The notes: generated by a model not told the origin, from the sequence alone. A stretch of 64,000 bases of DNA from an uncultured Chloroflexia bacterium (GCA_963727005.1 CAVSEO010000005.1:1227348-1291347), one strand, 5' to 3'. Shown: positions 18,807 to 28,598, counted from the first letter of the stretch. Program-made: numbers and translations.

Positions 18807-20192
18807 TCAGCCCCACGGAGTTGGGCCTCGCCCAACGCCGGCTCCGCTTTGGGCTTGGCCCAACGCCGCAAGGTCCTTGTCGCCGCGGCCCGAGAGGCCC
18901 AGGACCACGACGGCTTCACGAGGCAGCGGGCCGGCGGCGGAGAAGGAGGTACCGCCGCCGACACGCTCATGAATCGAAGGCCCGGGTTCGGCCTCGCGTG
19001 CGATGCGCGCCAGCACGTCCGGCAGGGCCGCAACCGCGTGGGCCGATTCCACGGCCGCGAGGATCCCTTCGGTCCGGGCGACCTGCCGCATTCCGGCCAC
19101 GGCCTCCGTGTCGGTCGCGGACGAGACGATCAGCCGGCCCGCCTGCATCAACGCCGCGAGCTGAGGCCCGATCCCCGGATAGTCGAGACCCGCCGAGATC
19201 GAGACGGCCTCGATCACCTGGCCGTCCGGGCCCTGGAGCATGTAGGAGCGCGAGCCGTGGAGGATCCCCGGCGAGCCGCCGAGCAGCGCCGCCGCGTGCT
19301 TGCCGGTTCCAATCCCCTTCCCCGCCGCCTCGGCCACCGCCAGCCGGACGTCCGGCTCGCCGATGAACCGGCTCAACAGGCCGAGGGCGTTGGAGCCGCC
19401 GCCGACGCAGGCGATCGCCAGGTCGGGCAGCCGCCCTTCAACGCTCTCCAGCTGCGCCGCCGCCTCGTCGCCGATGACGCGCTGGAAATCGCGCACCAGC
19501 ATGGGGTACGGATGCGGGCCCATCGTGGACCCAAGGCAGTAATGAGAGGTTTCGACGTTCGTGACCCAGTCTCGCAGGGCTTCGCTGACGGCATCCTTCA
19601 GCGTTCCGGAGCCGCCGTAGACGGGCCGGACCTCCGCTCCCAGGGCCTGCATTCGGAGGACGTTCGGGGCCTGGCGCTCGATGTCCTCGACGCCCATGTG
19701 GACGACGCACGGGATGTTCAGCAGGGCGCAGGCCGTGGCCGTGGCCACGCCGTGCATGCCGGCGCCCGTCTCCGCGATGACTCGGCTCTTGCCCAGGCGC
19801 CGCGTCAGCAGGACCTGGCCCAGGGCGTTGTTCAGCTTGTGGGCCCCGGTGTGGTTGAGGTCCTCGCGCTTGAGATAGAGCCGGATCCGTTCGGGCAGTC
19901 GCGAAGCCGCCCGACCGGCCAGCGCTCGGGCCGCGTCGTGGATCTCGGACCCGAGCCGGTCGGCCCGGTAGATCGGCGTCGGGCGTCCGCCGTAGTGGAA
20001 CTGCAGCTCACGCAACTCGGCCCAGAAACGCGCGTCGTGGCGCGTTTCGGCCCACGCCGCTTCCAGCTGGTCGAGGGCGGCCACGAGCGTCTCGGGCACG
20101 TAGCGCCCGCCGAAGTCACGGTCCAGGCCCCAGCGACCGTTCTCGTCGGGTTCGAGGAGCGACTCCGGCACGGGCGTCGGACGGACTCGGAC
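18807..20192 (-). CDS. trpB: Tryptophan synthase beta subunit (the start is approximate; there is no in-frame stop separating it from upstream trpF)
   Basis: ...FGGRYVPETLVAALDQLEAAW...LKREDLNHTGAHKLNNALGQVLL...GAGMHGVATATACALL...GSRSYMLQ...VVVLGLSGRGDKD (PLP-fold motifs). Confidence 0.85.
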   Translation of the reverse strand, partial: VRVRPTPVPESLLEPDENGRWGLDRDFGGRYVPETLVAALDQLEAAWAETRHDARFWAELRELQFHYGGRPTPIYRADRLGSEIHDAARALAGRAASRLPERIRLYLKREDLNHTGAHKLNNALGQVLLTRRLGKSRVIAETGAGMHGVATATACALLNIPCVVHMGVEDIERQAPNVLRMQALGAEVRPVYGGSGTLKDAVSEALRDWVTNVETSHYCLGSTMGPHPYPMLVRDFQRVIGDEAAAQLESVEGRLPDLAIACVGGGSNALGLLSRFIGEPDVRLAVAEAAGKGIGTGKHAAALLGGSPGILHGSRSYMLQGPDGQVIEAVSISAGLDYPGIGPQLAALMQAGRLIVSSATDTEAVAGMRQVARTEGILAAVESAHAVAALPDVLARIAREAEPGPSIHERVGGGTSFSAAGPLPREAVVVLGLSGRGDKDLAALGQAQSGAGVGRGPTPWG

Positions 20193-21904
20193 GTGCGGCC
20201 GATCGAACCGGGCGGCTTTCGCCCGTTTCACGAACAGCGCCACGCGCAAGGGATCCTTGCGGGGCCGCGACCCGACGGCGGCGACCTCTCGCGCCTTCGC
20301 GGCGGCCGCGCTGGCCGTCGCCGCGGACGGGTGGACCTCCACGCCGGACGCGACGTCGACGCCGACCGCGGGCACTTCCAGCACCGCTTCGGCCACGTTC
20401 GCGGCGTCGAGGCCTCCGGCGAGGATGACCGGGATCTCGCGCGCCACGGCGGCCGCGATCCGGCGGGCAACCTGGCGGCCGGTCCCTCCGGGGAACGGGC
20501 CTCCGGCGGTGTCGAGAAGGAGGCGTTCGGCGCCGGCTGCGAGATACAAGCTTGCCTGCCTCGATTGCGCCGGAAACCACCGAGCCGATGGAGGCGGGGT
20601 CCGACGCCGCGCCGGGTTCGCCGGCGGTGGCGGACTCCTCGGCCGCCGGGAGGTGGAGCACCTTCCAGACCGGGCGGCGAATTGCCGATATCGACTCGAC
20701 GGGCTCGTAGCCGGAAAGCTGAACCGCGTCCGGATCGATGGCCTCGATGGCGGCCTCGATCTCGGCCGCCGGGGCATCGGCGAAGACGGCAACCACCCGG
20801 GGCCGCCTGCCCGCGGGAGAGGCCCCGCGCACCAGGGTCGCAAGCCACGCGGCTTCCGTGACCGCCAGGCAGCGCGGCGTCCCCGGCACGAGGTTGAGGC
20901 CGATGGCATCGGCTCCGGACTCGCAGGGCGGAGAGCGCACCCTCCGAGTCCGTGACGCCGCAGATCTTGACGATCGGCTGCCGCGCCTCCGCCGCCACGT
21001 CGCGTGGCACCGAACCGGCGGAGACGAACGCGCGGGCCGCCGAGGCCGGATCGGCCGAGCGCATCAGCGCCTCGCCGATGAGGGCAGCGTCCAGCCCGGC
21101 CGCCCGCCAGCCGACAAGCGTTCGGGGCTCGCTGACGCCCGATTCGCCTACCGCCAGACGGTCGTTGGGCACGAGCGCCCGCAGGCGCAGGCAGTTGTCC
21201 GGGTCGACCGCGAGCGTCCGCAGGTTCCTGTTGTTGAGGCCGATCAAACGAGCTTCGGTCGAGAGCGCGGCTTCCATCTCGCGCTCGTCGTGAACCTCGA
21301 CCAGGGGCTCGAGGCCGATCTCGCGGGCAAGCTCGGCGAACCGGGCCAGCTTCTTCGCCGGCAGAAGCGATGCCAGGAGCAGGACGACGTCCGCCCCGGC
21401 CGAGCGCAGCACCGGGAGCTGGCGCTCGTCGACGACGAACTCCTTGGCCAGAATCGGGATCGAGACGGCGGCCCTGACGGCCCGCAGATCGTCCACCGAT
21501 CCGCCGAACCAGTGCGGCTCGCAGAGAATCGAGATCGCGCTCGCCCCACCCGATTCGTAGGCTCGAGCCAGGGCCACCGCAAAGTCGACCCCGGTCGACT
21601 CTGCGTCCGCGACGATCGCCCCGGCCGACGGGGAGCTGCGCTTCACCTCCGCGATCAGGTGCAGGCCCGGCGCCGCCAGGCGCTCGACGATCGGCCGCGG
21701 CGCGTTCCCGGGCCGGGCCGAGTAATCGGCCGCGTCGTCGGCGAGGTGGCGGTACGTTCGCGACCCCAGCTCCGCACGCACGTCCGCCAGGCGCCGGGCC
21801 GCGATCTCGGCCACGACTCCGGCCCTCGAGGCAGCGGCGGTGCCGGACGCCCGTGCGGCGCCGGACGCCCGGCCGGGGCGTCGCGGTTCGGCCACGGCCG
21901 TCAT
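20193..21904 (-). CDS. trpC: Indole-3-glycerol-phosphate synthase fused to phosphoribosylanthranilate isomerase (TrpC-TrpF); the TrpF part has two apparent frameshifts near 20940 and 20540
   Basis: TrpC: ...LHLIAEVKRSSPSAGAI...ISILCEPHWFGGS...IPILAKEFVVDERQ...LVEVHDEREME...IGLNNRNLRTLAVD. In frame after a short linker: IVKICGVTDSEGALSAL (TrpF N-terminus). TrpF continues in other frames: ...ESGADAIGLNLVPGTPR...VQLSG...LLLDTAGGPFPGGTG...PVILAGGLDAANV...VGVDVASGVEV. ATGA overlap with the trpD stop. Confidence 0.75.
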
Positions 21905-22959
21905 GCCGGCGCTCCCTGGAGAGACTCGGCCGCTCTCGCCGTGTCCCGGGCCGTCTTCGCGGCACGAAGTCTTTCCAGCTGGTCGGTGGCTGCGCCCGTG
22001 TCGATCACCCGCGCGGCCAGAGGAATCCCCTCCGCCAGGTTCGCCGCACGGCCGGCAGCCACGAAGGCCGCGGCCGCGTTGAGCAGGACGACGTCGCGCC
22101 GAGGTCCGGCCTCACCGGCAAGGACCGCCTCGAGGAGCGCGGCGTTCTCCTCTCGATTTCCACCGGCCAGAGCCGAGAGCGGCGCAGGCGTCAGACCCAG
22201 GTCGGCGGCCACGATCTCCGACCGCACCACGCCCGCCGGCGTCACGTCGTAGAGAACGCCCGACCCGTCGAGCGGCAGCTCGTCCACGCCGTTGCCGTGG
22301 ACGACCAGCGAGTGCTCGGTACCGAGAAGCCGGAGCACTTCCGCCATCTTCGGAGCCGCGGCCGGATCGCCGACGCCGACGACCTGGCGGCGCGTGCCTG
22401 CCGGATTGGTCATCGGGCCGAGGAGGTTGAAGGCCGTCCGGACGCCGATCTCGCGCCGGGTCGGGCCCGCATGCTTCATGGCCGGGTGGTAACCCTGGGC
22501 GAAGAGGAAGGCGAAGCCGTCCTTTCGCAGCGCCGCGCCCGCCTCTGCCGGGGTCAGGTCGGTGGCGACGCCAAGGGCTTCGAGGACATCGGCCGAACCG
22601 CAAGCCGAGGTCATGGCCCGGTTGCCGTGCTTGGCCACGGGCACTCCGGCCGCGGCCACGACCAGCGCCGCGGCAGTGGAGATGTTGAAGGTGCCGCTCT
22701 TGTCTCCGCCGGTGCCGCACGTGTCGATGGCTCCGGGCGGGGCCGTCACCTTCAGCACTCGCTCGCGCATCGCCGCCGCGAAGCCGGCCAGCTCCTCGAC
22801 GGTCTCGCCGCGCATCCGGAGGGCCACCAGCAGGGCCGCCAGCTGGGCCTGCGTCGCCTCGCCGTCCATGACCGATCCCATGGCCTCGCGGGCCTCGTCC
22901 ATCGAGAGGCGCTTGCCCTCGACCACCGCGGCCAGGGCCGCTCTCACGAGCTCACTCAT
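21901..22959 (-). CDS. trpD: Anthranilate phosphoribosyltransferase
   Basis: MSELVRAALAAVVEGKRLSMDEAREAMGSVMDGEATQAQLAALLVALRMRGETVEEL...IDTCGTGGDKSGTFNISTAAALVVAAAGVPVAKHGNRA... ATGA overlap with trpG. Confidence 0.9.
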   Translation of the reverse strand: MSELVRAALAAVVEGKRLSMDEAREAMGSVMDGEATQAQLAALLVALRMRGETVEELAGFAAAMRERVLKVTAPPGAIDTCGTGGDKSGTFNISTAAALVVAAAGVPVAKHGNRAMTSACGSADVLEALGVATDLTPAEAGAALRKDGFAFLFAQGYHPAMKHAGPTRREIGVRTAFNLLGPMTNPAGTRRQVVGVGDPAAAPKMAEVLRLLGTEHSLVVHGNGVDELPLDGSGVLYDVTPAGVVRSEIVAADLGLTPAPLSALAGGNREENAALLEAVLAGEAGPRRDVVLLNAAAAFVAAGRAANLAEGIPLAARVIDTGAATDQLERLRAAKTARDTARAAESLQGAPA

Positions 22960-23690
22960 CGAAACGCCTCCGCTGCGGCGGCAGCAGCCACCCTGGCGGC
23001 CTCCGCCGTCTTTGCCTCGCTGGCCGCGCCGCCTGCGCTCTCGAGTCCGGAGAGCGCGAAAGAGCCGGAAGCTCGGTCGAGCAGCCTCCCCTCGCCCTCG
23101 CCGGCGAGCCGAAGGAAGTTGGCCAGCAGATGCGGGCCCTGGGGCGTCAGGACCGACTCGGGATGGAACTGCACGCCCTCGACCGGGGCAAACCGATGCC
23201 GGATGCCCATGACGACCCGGTCCTCCTCGGTTCGGGCCGTGACCAGGAAATCCGCCGGCAGGGTCTCCGGCACGATGCTGAGGGAGTGGTAGCGAGCGGC
23301 CTTGAACGGGGAGGTGATCCCGGCCAGGAGCCCCTTGCGGTCGTGCCGGATGCTCGAGGCTTCGCCGTGGACCAGCGTCGGGGCACGCCCGATCTTCGCC
23401 CCGAACGCCTGGGCCATGGACTGCATGCCGAGGCACACCCCCAGGGTGGGGATCTGACTCGCGACGCCGACGCGGATCGCGTCCATCGAGACCCCGGCCG
23501 AGTCCGGGTCGCCGGGCCCGGGCGAGACGACGATGCCGCGCAGGTTGGCCGCGGGATCGGCCGCGAGAGCCTCTATGCCGGCCCGGTCGATGGCGTCGTT
23601 GCGGAGGACGTGGACCTCGGCCCCGGCCGCCTCGAGAGCCTGGACGAGGTTGAACGTGAACGAGTCGTAGTTGTCGATCATCAGGATCAT
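22956..23690 (-). CDS. trpG: Anthranilate synthase component II (glutamine amidotransferase)
   Basis: MILMIDNYDSFTFNLVQAL...VVSPGPGDP...LGVCLGMQSMAQAFGA...VQFHPES shows the class I GATase catalytic C/H/E context. Confidence 0.9.
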   Translation of the reverse strand: MILMIDNYDSFTFNLVQALEAAGAEVHVLRNDAIDRAGIEALAADPAANLRGIVVSPGPGDPDSAGVSMDAIRVGVASQIPTLGVCLGMQSMAQAFGAKIGRAPTLVHGEASSIRHDRKGLLAGITSPFKAARYHSLSIVPETLPADFLVTARTEEDRVVMGIRHRFAPVEGVQFHPESVLTPQGPHLLANFLRLAGEGEGRLLDRASGSFALSGLESAGGAASEAKTAEAARVAAAAAAEAFR

Positions 23691-23831
23691 CGGAAAGTCC
23701 CCATGCCACGGCGGTCGGCGTTAAAGCGACGACAGAGGCGTCGCTCCCGACCGCCAAAGCGACGCCCAAAGCGAGGCGCATGCCTTGCTTGGCGTCGCTC
23801 GTTGTCGATCATGAGTATCACGGGGCGCCTC

Positions 23832-25577
23832 CTATCGACCTGCGCCGGCGGGGGCGCCGGGTGATTGGGCGGTGGCGGTGGCAGGCGCAGTGGCGGGGGA
23901 CGTGGCGCCACGGGACGTTGTCTCGCCACTCCCCGCCGCCTCTGCGATAGCCAGCTCGATGGCCCGGCGAACCGCCCCAGCCTTGTGCTCCGTCTCCTCG
24001 AACTCGCGTTCCGGCACGGAGCCCGCGACGATCCCCGCCCCGACGGTGAGATGGATCCGGTCCTCGCACAGGACGGCGGAGCGGATCGTGATCGCGGTGT
24101 CGAGGTTGCCGTCATAGCCGAGATAGCCGACGGCGCCGCCGTACAGCCCGCGCCGCTCCCCTTCCGCCTCGGCGATGAGCTGCATCGCCCTCACCTTCGG
24201 CGCCCCGGAGAGCGTCCCGGCCGGGAAGATGCTGCGCAACGCATCGAGCGCGTCCAGACCGGGCTTCAGCCGCGCTTCCACGTTGCTCACGAGATGAAGG
24301 ACGTGGCTGTAGCGCTCCACCTCCATGTACTTGGTAACGGCCACCGTCCCCGGCCGGGCCACGCGACCCAGGTCGTTACGGCCGAGGTCGACGAGCATCA
24401 CGTGCTCCGCCCGCTCCTTGGGATCGCGCTCCAGGGCGTACGCCAGGGCGTCGTCCTCGAGCGGCGTGGCGCCGCGCGGCCGCGTCCCGGCTATCGGGTG
24501 AGTGGTGACGCGGTCGCCTTCTACGCGGACCAGCAACTCTGGGCTCGCTCCCACGACCGAGAACTCGGGCATCCGAACGAAGAACAGGTACGGGCTCGGG
24601 TTGATGCGCCGAAGCGAGCGATACAGCGCGACGGCATCCAACCTCTCCCCGCCGATGACCGGGCGCTCGTAGGTCTGGCGCCGGGCGACGACGATCTGGA
24701 TCGCCTCACCGGCCGCGATTGCCTCCTTGGCCGACCGAACCGCCGACTCGTACTCGCCTCGGTCGAGACTGACTTCGATCTGGCTCAGACCTTCGATATT
24801 CCCAGGCCCAGCCGTGCCGAGGCCAGCCGGGCTGTCTCCGTCCGAACCTTCGTCAGTCTCGGTCGGCTCTTGCGACGTCGTTGGCGTCTTCTCCCGCCGG
24901 CCCCTTTGGGTGAGACCCGCAAGCTCGGCCTCCGTCGGCCGAGCGGTCCGCTCCAGGGCTTCGAAGATGGCCCGCTCGGCGATGGCGTAGCGGCCTTCGA
25001 TGTCCGGGCCATCCGTGTGCAGCGAGGCGACCGCCGAGAGGGTGTGGGTCAGGTGGTCGAAGACAAGGACCAGGTCCGTCTCCTGGAATGCGGCCATCGG
25101 GACGCCGATCGGGTCGCGATCCGGAAGCGGCACGGTCGGTTCGAAGGTCGAGGCCGCATCGTACGCGAGCGCACCCACGGCTCCGCCCGGGAACCGTGGG
25201 ATGCCCTCGCTCGGGAGAATCCGTCTCTTGGGCATGAATTGCCGCAGCGCCGCCAGCGGGTCGGGCACCGCGAAGGTCTGGGTCGGGAGGTCCGGGGCGA
25301 AGTCGAGGACACCCACCGGGCGAGACTGGATCGTGGCCTGGCCGTCGCGCACCGTCAGCAGGCGCCGCGGCCCCACGCCCAGGAAGGAGTACCGGCCCAG
25401 CCGCTCGCCGCCTTCGACGGACTCGAGCAGGAAGGCCGGGCCGCCGTCGTCGAAGCGCATGAAGGCCCCGATCGGGGTCTCGAGGTCGGCGTTGCGGGTG
25501 GCCGTGAGCAGAATCGTGTCGGCCGAGCCCGACATCTGCCGGACCTCGTGAAGACTGAGCGGATCTGTGAGTGCCAT
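23832..25577 (-). CDS. trpE: Anthranilate synthase component I
   Basis: MALTDPLSLHEV...LLESVEGGERLGRYSFLG...PYLFFVRMPEFSVVGASPELLVRVEG...GTLSGAPKVRAMQLIAEAEGERRGLYGGAVGYLGYDGNLDTAITIRS (chorismate-binding). A GGAGG Shine-Dalgarno sits 10 nt before the ATG. Confidence 0.9.
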   Translation of the reverse strand: MALTDPLSLHEVRQMSGSADTILLTATRNADLETPIGAFMRFDDGGPAFLLESVEGGERLGRYSFLGVGPRRLLTVRDGQATIQSRPVGVLDFAPDLPTQTFAVPDPLAALRQFMPKRRILPSEGIPRFPGGAVGALAYDAASTFEPTVPLPDRDPIGVPMAAFQETDLVLVFDHLTHTLSAVASLHTDGPDIEGRYAIAERAIFEALERTARPTEAELAGLTQRGRREKTPTTSQEPTETDEGSDGDSPAGLGTAGPGNIEGLSQIEVSLDRGEYESAVRSAKEAIAAGEAIQIVVARRQTYERPVIGGERLDAVALYRSLRRINPSPYLFFVRMPEFSVVGASPELLVRVEGDRVTTHPIAGTRPRGATPLEDDALAYALERDPKERAEHVMLVDLGRNDLGRVARPGTVAVTKYMEVERYSHVLHLVSNVEARLKPGLDALDALRSIFPAGTLSGAPKVRAMQLIAEAEGERRGLYGGAVGYLGYDGNLDTAITIRSAVLCEDRIHLTVGAGIVAGSVPEREFEETEHKAGAVRRAIELAIAEAAGSGETTSRGATSPATAPATATAQSPGAPAGAGR

Positions 25578-25666
25578 CGCCGATTTGCCTCCGGAGCTGG
25601 GACGCATGCCCCACGCTTCCGGGTCGGTCGGCTGCCGCCGGCCACCGGTCCCGCGGGGCGGGAATT

Positions 25667-25915
25667 CAAAAGACCTTTCGTCCTGGGACGAAAGGTCGAT
25701 CCTTCCGCGGTGCCACCCACATTCGGCGATGCCGCACTCTGGCCGACGGGGAGTCAATGCTTCGCATTGACTTTCGTCATCGCTTCGCGATGACACAAGC
25801 CAAGCAGCTTGCTCTGAATCGGTGCTGCCCTGTATCGCTGGCGCTCTGCGCCGGAGCCTACTGGCGAGCCCTGGAAGCTCGCGGTTTGGTCCGGAGGCTC
25901 ACGGGTCCATTCGCT
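25667..25915 (-). promoter_or_regulatory. T-box riboswitch leader (tRNA-Trp-responsive) controlling the trp operon
   Basis: The minus strand carries the T-box consensus UGGGUGGCACCGCGG (plus coordinates 25705-25719; consensus AGGGUGGNACCGCG, 7-nt bulge UGGCACC). It is followed by a mutually exclusive terminator ACCUUUCGUC-CCAG-GACGAAAGGU plus CUUUUG (25667-25696). A candidate specifier GAAUGGA (UGG = Trp) sits about 200 nt upstream (plus 25904-25912). The bulge N = C would pair with a discriminator G73, which is the discriminator base in E. coli tRNA-Trp. Confidence 0.7.
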
Positions 25916-26502
25916 CTCGTCGCCGCCCCAGCTTGCACCAACCGCTGGTTCTCTACGCCGGCGCCGGGAGGTACTCGTCCCGATCACAGCCCGTATTCGT
26001 ATGTGGCGGGAGTCTATGGGGAGACCCGGCGCGGTGTCAAATGGCGTGCCGTCCGGTCGCATGGGTCGCGGAAACGTCTCTCAGTTTGGTGGCGCGCCGA
26101 CGCGGAGCCTCCGGGTACGGCCGGCCCGTCGTCGCAGAGTCTGTGGGTCCGGCCGGGCCAGGATCTCGCAGATGTCCGGCTGTACCGGACAAGAATTGGC
26201 CCGCGAGCCGGTCCAGTCCACGAATTGAGTACGTATCCAGCAGCAGCGGGGCGCCAACCCTCGAATTACGCGTCTTCGAGTCCACCGACGGCCCTCGGGG
26301 ACGCGTTCGGCCCGCGAGCCTGCCTGCTCTTGCAGGGGTCGCCTGCCAGATCGCGCTAGCACAGCCGAAGTTGTCCGTCCAGGCCGGACAAATGCAGGAT
26401 CGGAGACGTGGAACCTTGTCCCTGCGAGAGGCGAGACCGATCCGCCGGCAGCGTCCAGTGGCGGCCGCCGCGCGCCAACCGGCCGCCTTGGGCGAGCAGT
26501 CC

Positions 26503-27489
26503 CTACCAGTACTCCTCGGTGTGGAGCGTCCCGATCTCGTGGCCCTTGTCGCGGACGAAACCGCGGGCCCGCGCCAGCTCGATGACCGTCTCGATCATGC
26601 CCGGGTTGCCGCACAGGAAGATGTCGAAGTTCTCGGGCGTGAGTTCGAGCCCGGTCTCGTGTTCGACCGCGTCCGAAGCGATCACGTTCTGGAGATACCC
26701 GCTCCGGCCGCGCCAGGTGGGGTCTTCCTGGGGCCTGGTGATGACCGGCAGGTAGTGGAAGTTGTGGCAGTGGCGGGACAGGCCCGTGAGCTCGGTGCGG
26801 TAGCCCAGGTCCCACGAGTAGCGCGCGCCGTGGACGACCACGAACTGGCGAGGCCCGTTGCACACGAGCTCGCTGCGGAGCATCGACATGTAGGGCGCCA
26901 GACCGGTCCCTGTCCCGACCATCAGGATGTGCTTGTTGGGCGCCTTGTCGAGGGTGAAGACGCCGACCGCCTTTGGGCCGACGTACAGCCGGTCGCGAAT
27001 TTTCAGGTTGAACAGCCGCGGCGTCAGCTCGCCGCTCATGACCACGGTCAGGTAGAACTCCAGATACTCGTCGGGGCGGCTTTCGGAGGCGATCGAATAG
27101 GCGCGCCGGATCATCCGATCCGGCTCGGCGGCGGCTCGGGCGACCGTATCCGCCTGGGCATCGACCGCCCACTGGCTCTCCGGCGTGCCTGGGATATTGC
27201 CCGCGGTGGGGGCCGCCCCTTCGAACGCGAGAATGCCGGTGACGGCGTCGAGCGGCGCCCCGACCGCGGTCGCGGCGTCCGGCGGAGGCTCTCCGACGCC
27301 CGTGGCCAGCACGCCCGCGACGTCGCCCTCCGCTTCGTCGATCCGCGGCTCCGAGGCCTTCATACCCAGGACGACGTACTGGCCCGCCTTGAACTCGAAC
27401 GGCAGCTTGTCGGGGGCGACGCGCATGATCACGAGTCCGGGCGCGACTTCGACCCGGCTGACCACCGTTGCGTTGTACTCGGCCGCCAT
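26503..27489 (-). CDS. fpr: Ferredoxin--NADP(+) reductase (Fpr family flavoprotein)
   Basis: ...RRAYSIASESRPDEYLEFYL... (RxYS FAD-binding), ...HILMVGTGTGLAPYMSMLR... (NADP GTGxAP motif). 328 aa. Confidence 0.85.
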   Translation of the reverse strand: MAAEYNATVVSRVEVAPGLVIMRVAPDKLPFEFKAGQYVVLGMKASEPRIDEAEGDVAGVLATGVGEPPPDAATAVGAPLDAVTGILAFEGAAPTAGNIPGTPESQWAVDAQADTVARAAAEPDRMIRRAYSIASESRPDEYLEFYLTVVMSGELTPRLFNLKIRDRLYVGPKAVGVFTLDKAPNKHILMVGTGTGLAPYMSMLRSELVCNGPRQFVVVHGARYSWDLGYRTELTGLSRHCHNFHYLPVITRPQEDPTWRGRSGYLQNVIASDAVEHETGLELTPENFDIFLCGNPGMIETVIELARARGFVRDKGHEIGTLHTEEYW

Positions 27490-27689
27490 GCTGCCCTCCG
27501 ATTCGCCGACTGGCTCCGATTGGTGGAGTCTCGCAGCGAAGGATACGGGCCATCGAGAGAGGTGTCAGCGGTTTCCGGCGACTGCCTCACCGGGTGGGTC
27601 AAATTGCGCCGTTGAGGCTCCCACTTCGGGTGGGTCGGGCACGAATTGGGACGGAGTGGCTGCGGGCCGGCGGGCTCGCCCGAGCCTCG

Positions 27690-28598
27690 CTACAGGCCGG
27701 CGAGCTTCGCGACCGGGCCGGTCGGGACCATGACCCCCCGAAGGCTGGCCCACGGCACGACCACCGACTGCAGGCTGCTGAGGTTCTTGGCGACCTGGTG
27801 CTCTGCAAAGGTGACTTTCATGCCATTCGGTGTGATTGCCCAATTGATGAAGTTGGTCCGAGACGGGCTCGTGCCCTCGTCCACCACGACCGGATCGTAG
27901 TTGGGACCGAGCTGGTCCATGAGCTGGCTCTGGGCCGCGCTCGAGATCGTAGCCAGGGCAAAGTCCGCGTCGCTGAACAGGTCGTCGAACGCGATCCGCT
28001 GACCGGTGGCGAGGTCGAAGTTGATAGTTCCAACCCCCGTCGCCGGCTCCGAAGCCGAGGCATCGTCCTCCCAGGTCAGCGTGAACGCGGCCAGGGCCGG
28101 AGTCAGCAGCTCCGTCGTGTACTTCCCCGACAGGACGTTGGTCTTGCCCGCAACCTGGCGGTTCGACGCGGGTCCCTGCTCCCACTGCGTGGCCCGCGTC
28201 CGGACCTCCAGCCCGATGTCGGCGTTGATGGCGTCCGCCCAGGGTGTCGAGCCGGCAAGGAAGGCCGGGTATCCCAGGTAGACGATCCAGATGCCGTTGG
28301 GATCGGACTCGGAGATGGCCGAGTTGATGAGCGTCGGACGCGTGTCCGGCACGGATGCGGACGGGGCCGGCGTTGGGATAGACGTATCGGTGGCGAACGG
28401 GATCGCCGTCGGCGCACCGGGAAGCGATGGGCCGGCGCTGGCGGAGGGCGATGGAGAGTTGAAGTCGATGGCCACGGGCGCCGCGCTCACAAGCACGTTC
28501 ATGGCCAGGAAGACTCCAACGACGCAGAGACCCAGGATCCCGACCAGGGGTAGCGTTTCGGCGACTCGCGAGGTGAGTGATGGTCGCCGCTGCCTCAT
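27690..28598 (-). CDS. Membrane-anchored DUF4163/DUF3298 (RsiV/PdaC N-terminal-like) protein
   Basis: N-terminal transmembrane segment LPLVGILGLCVVGVFLAMNVLV and a Pro/Ser-rich linker, then ...GTINFDLATGQRIAFDDLFSD... characteristic of DUF3298. There are two paralogs at 45175-46955. Confidence 0.6.
   Translation of the reverse strand: MRQRRPSLTSRVAETLPLVGILGLCVVGVFLAMNVLVSAAPVAIDFNSPSPSASAGPSLPGAPTAIPFATDTSIPTPAPSASVPDTRPTLINSAISESDPNGIWIVYLGYPAFLAGSTPWADAINADIGLEVRTRATQWEQGPASNRQVAGKTNVLSGKYTTELLTPALAAFTLTWEDDASASEPATGVGTINFDLATGQRIAFDDLFSDADFALATISSAAQSQLMDQLGPNYDPVVVDEGTSPSRTNFINWAITPNGMKVTFAEHQVAKNLSSLQSVVVPWASLRGVMVPTGPVAKLAGL

Noticed and set aside
26440-26480. GC-rich hairpin (GGCGGCCG...CGGCCGCC) just downstream of fpr, as its intrinsic terminator
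   Set aside because: An 8-bp stem with a 12-nt loop and no following U-tract does not meet the usual criteria for an intrinsic terminator. It is left unannotated.
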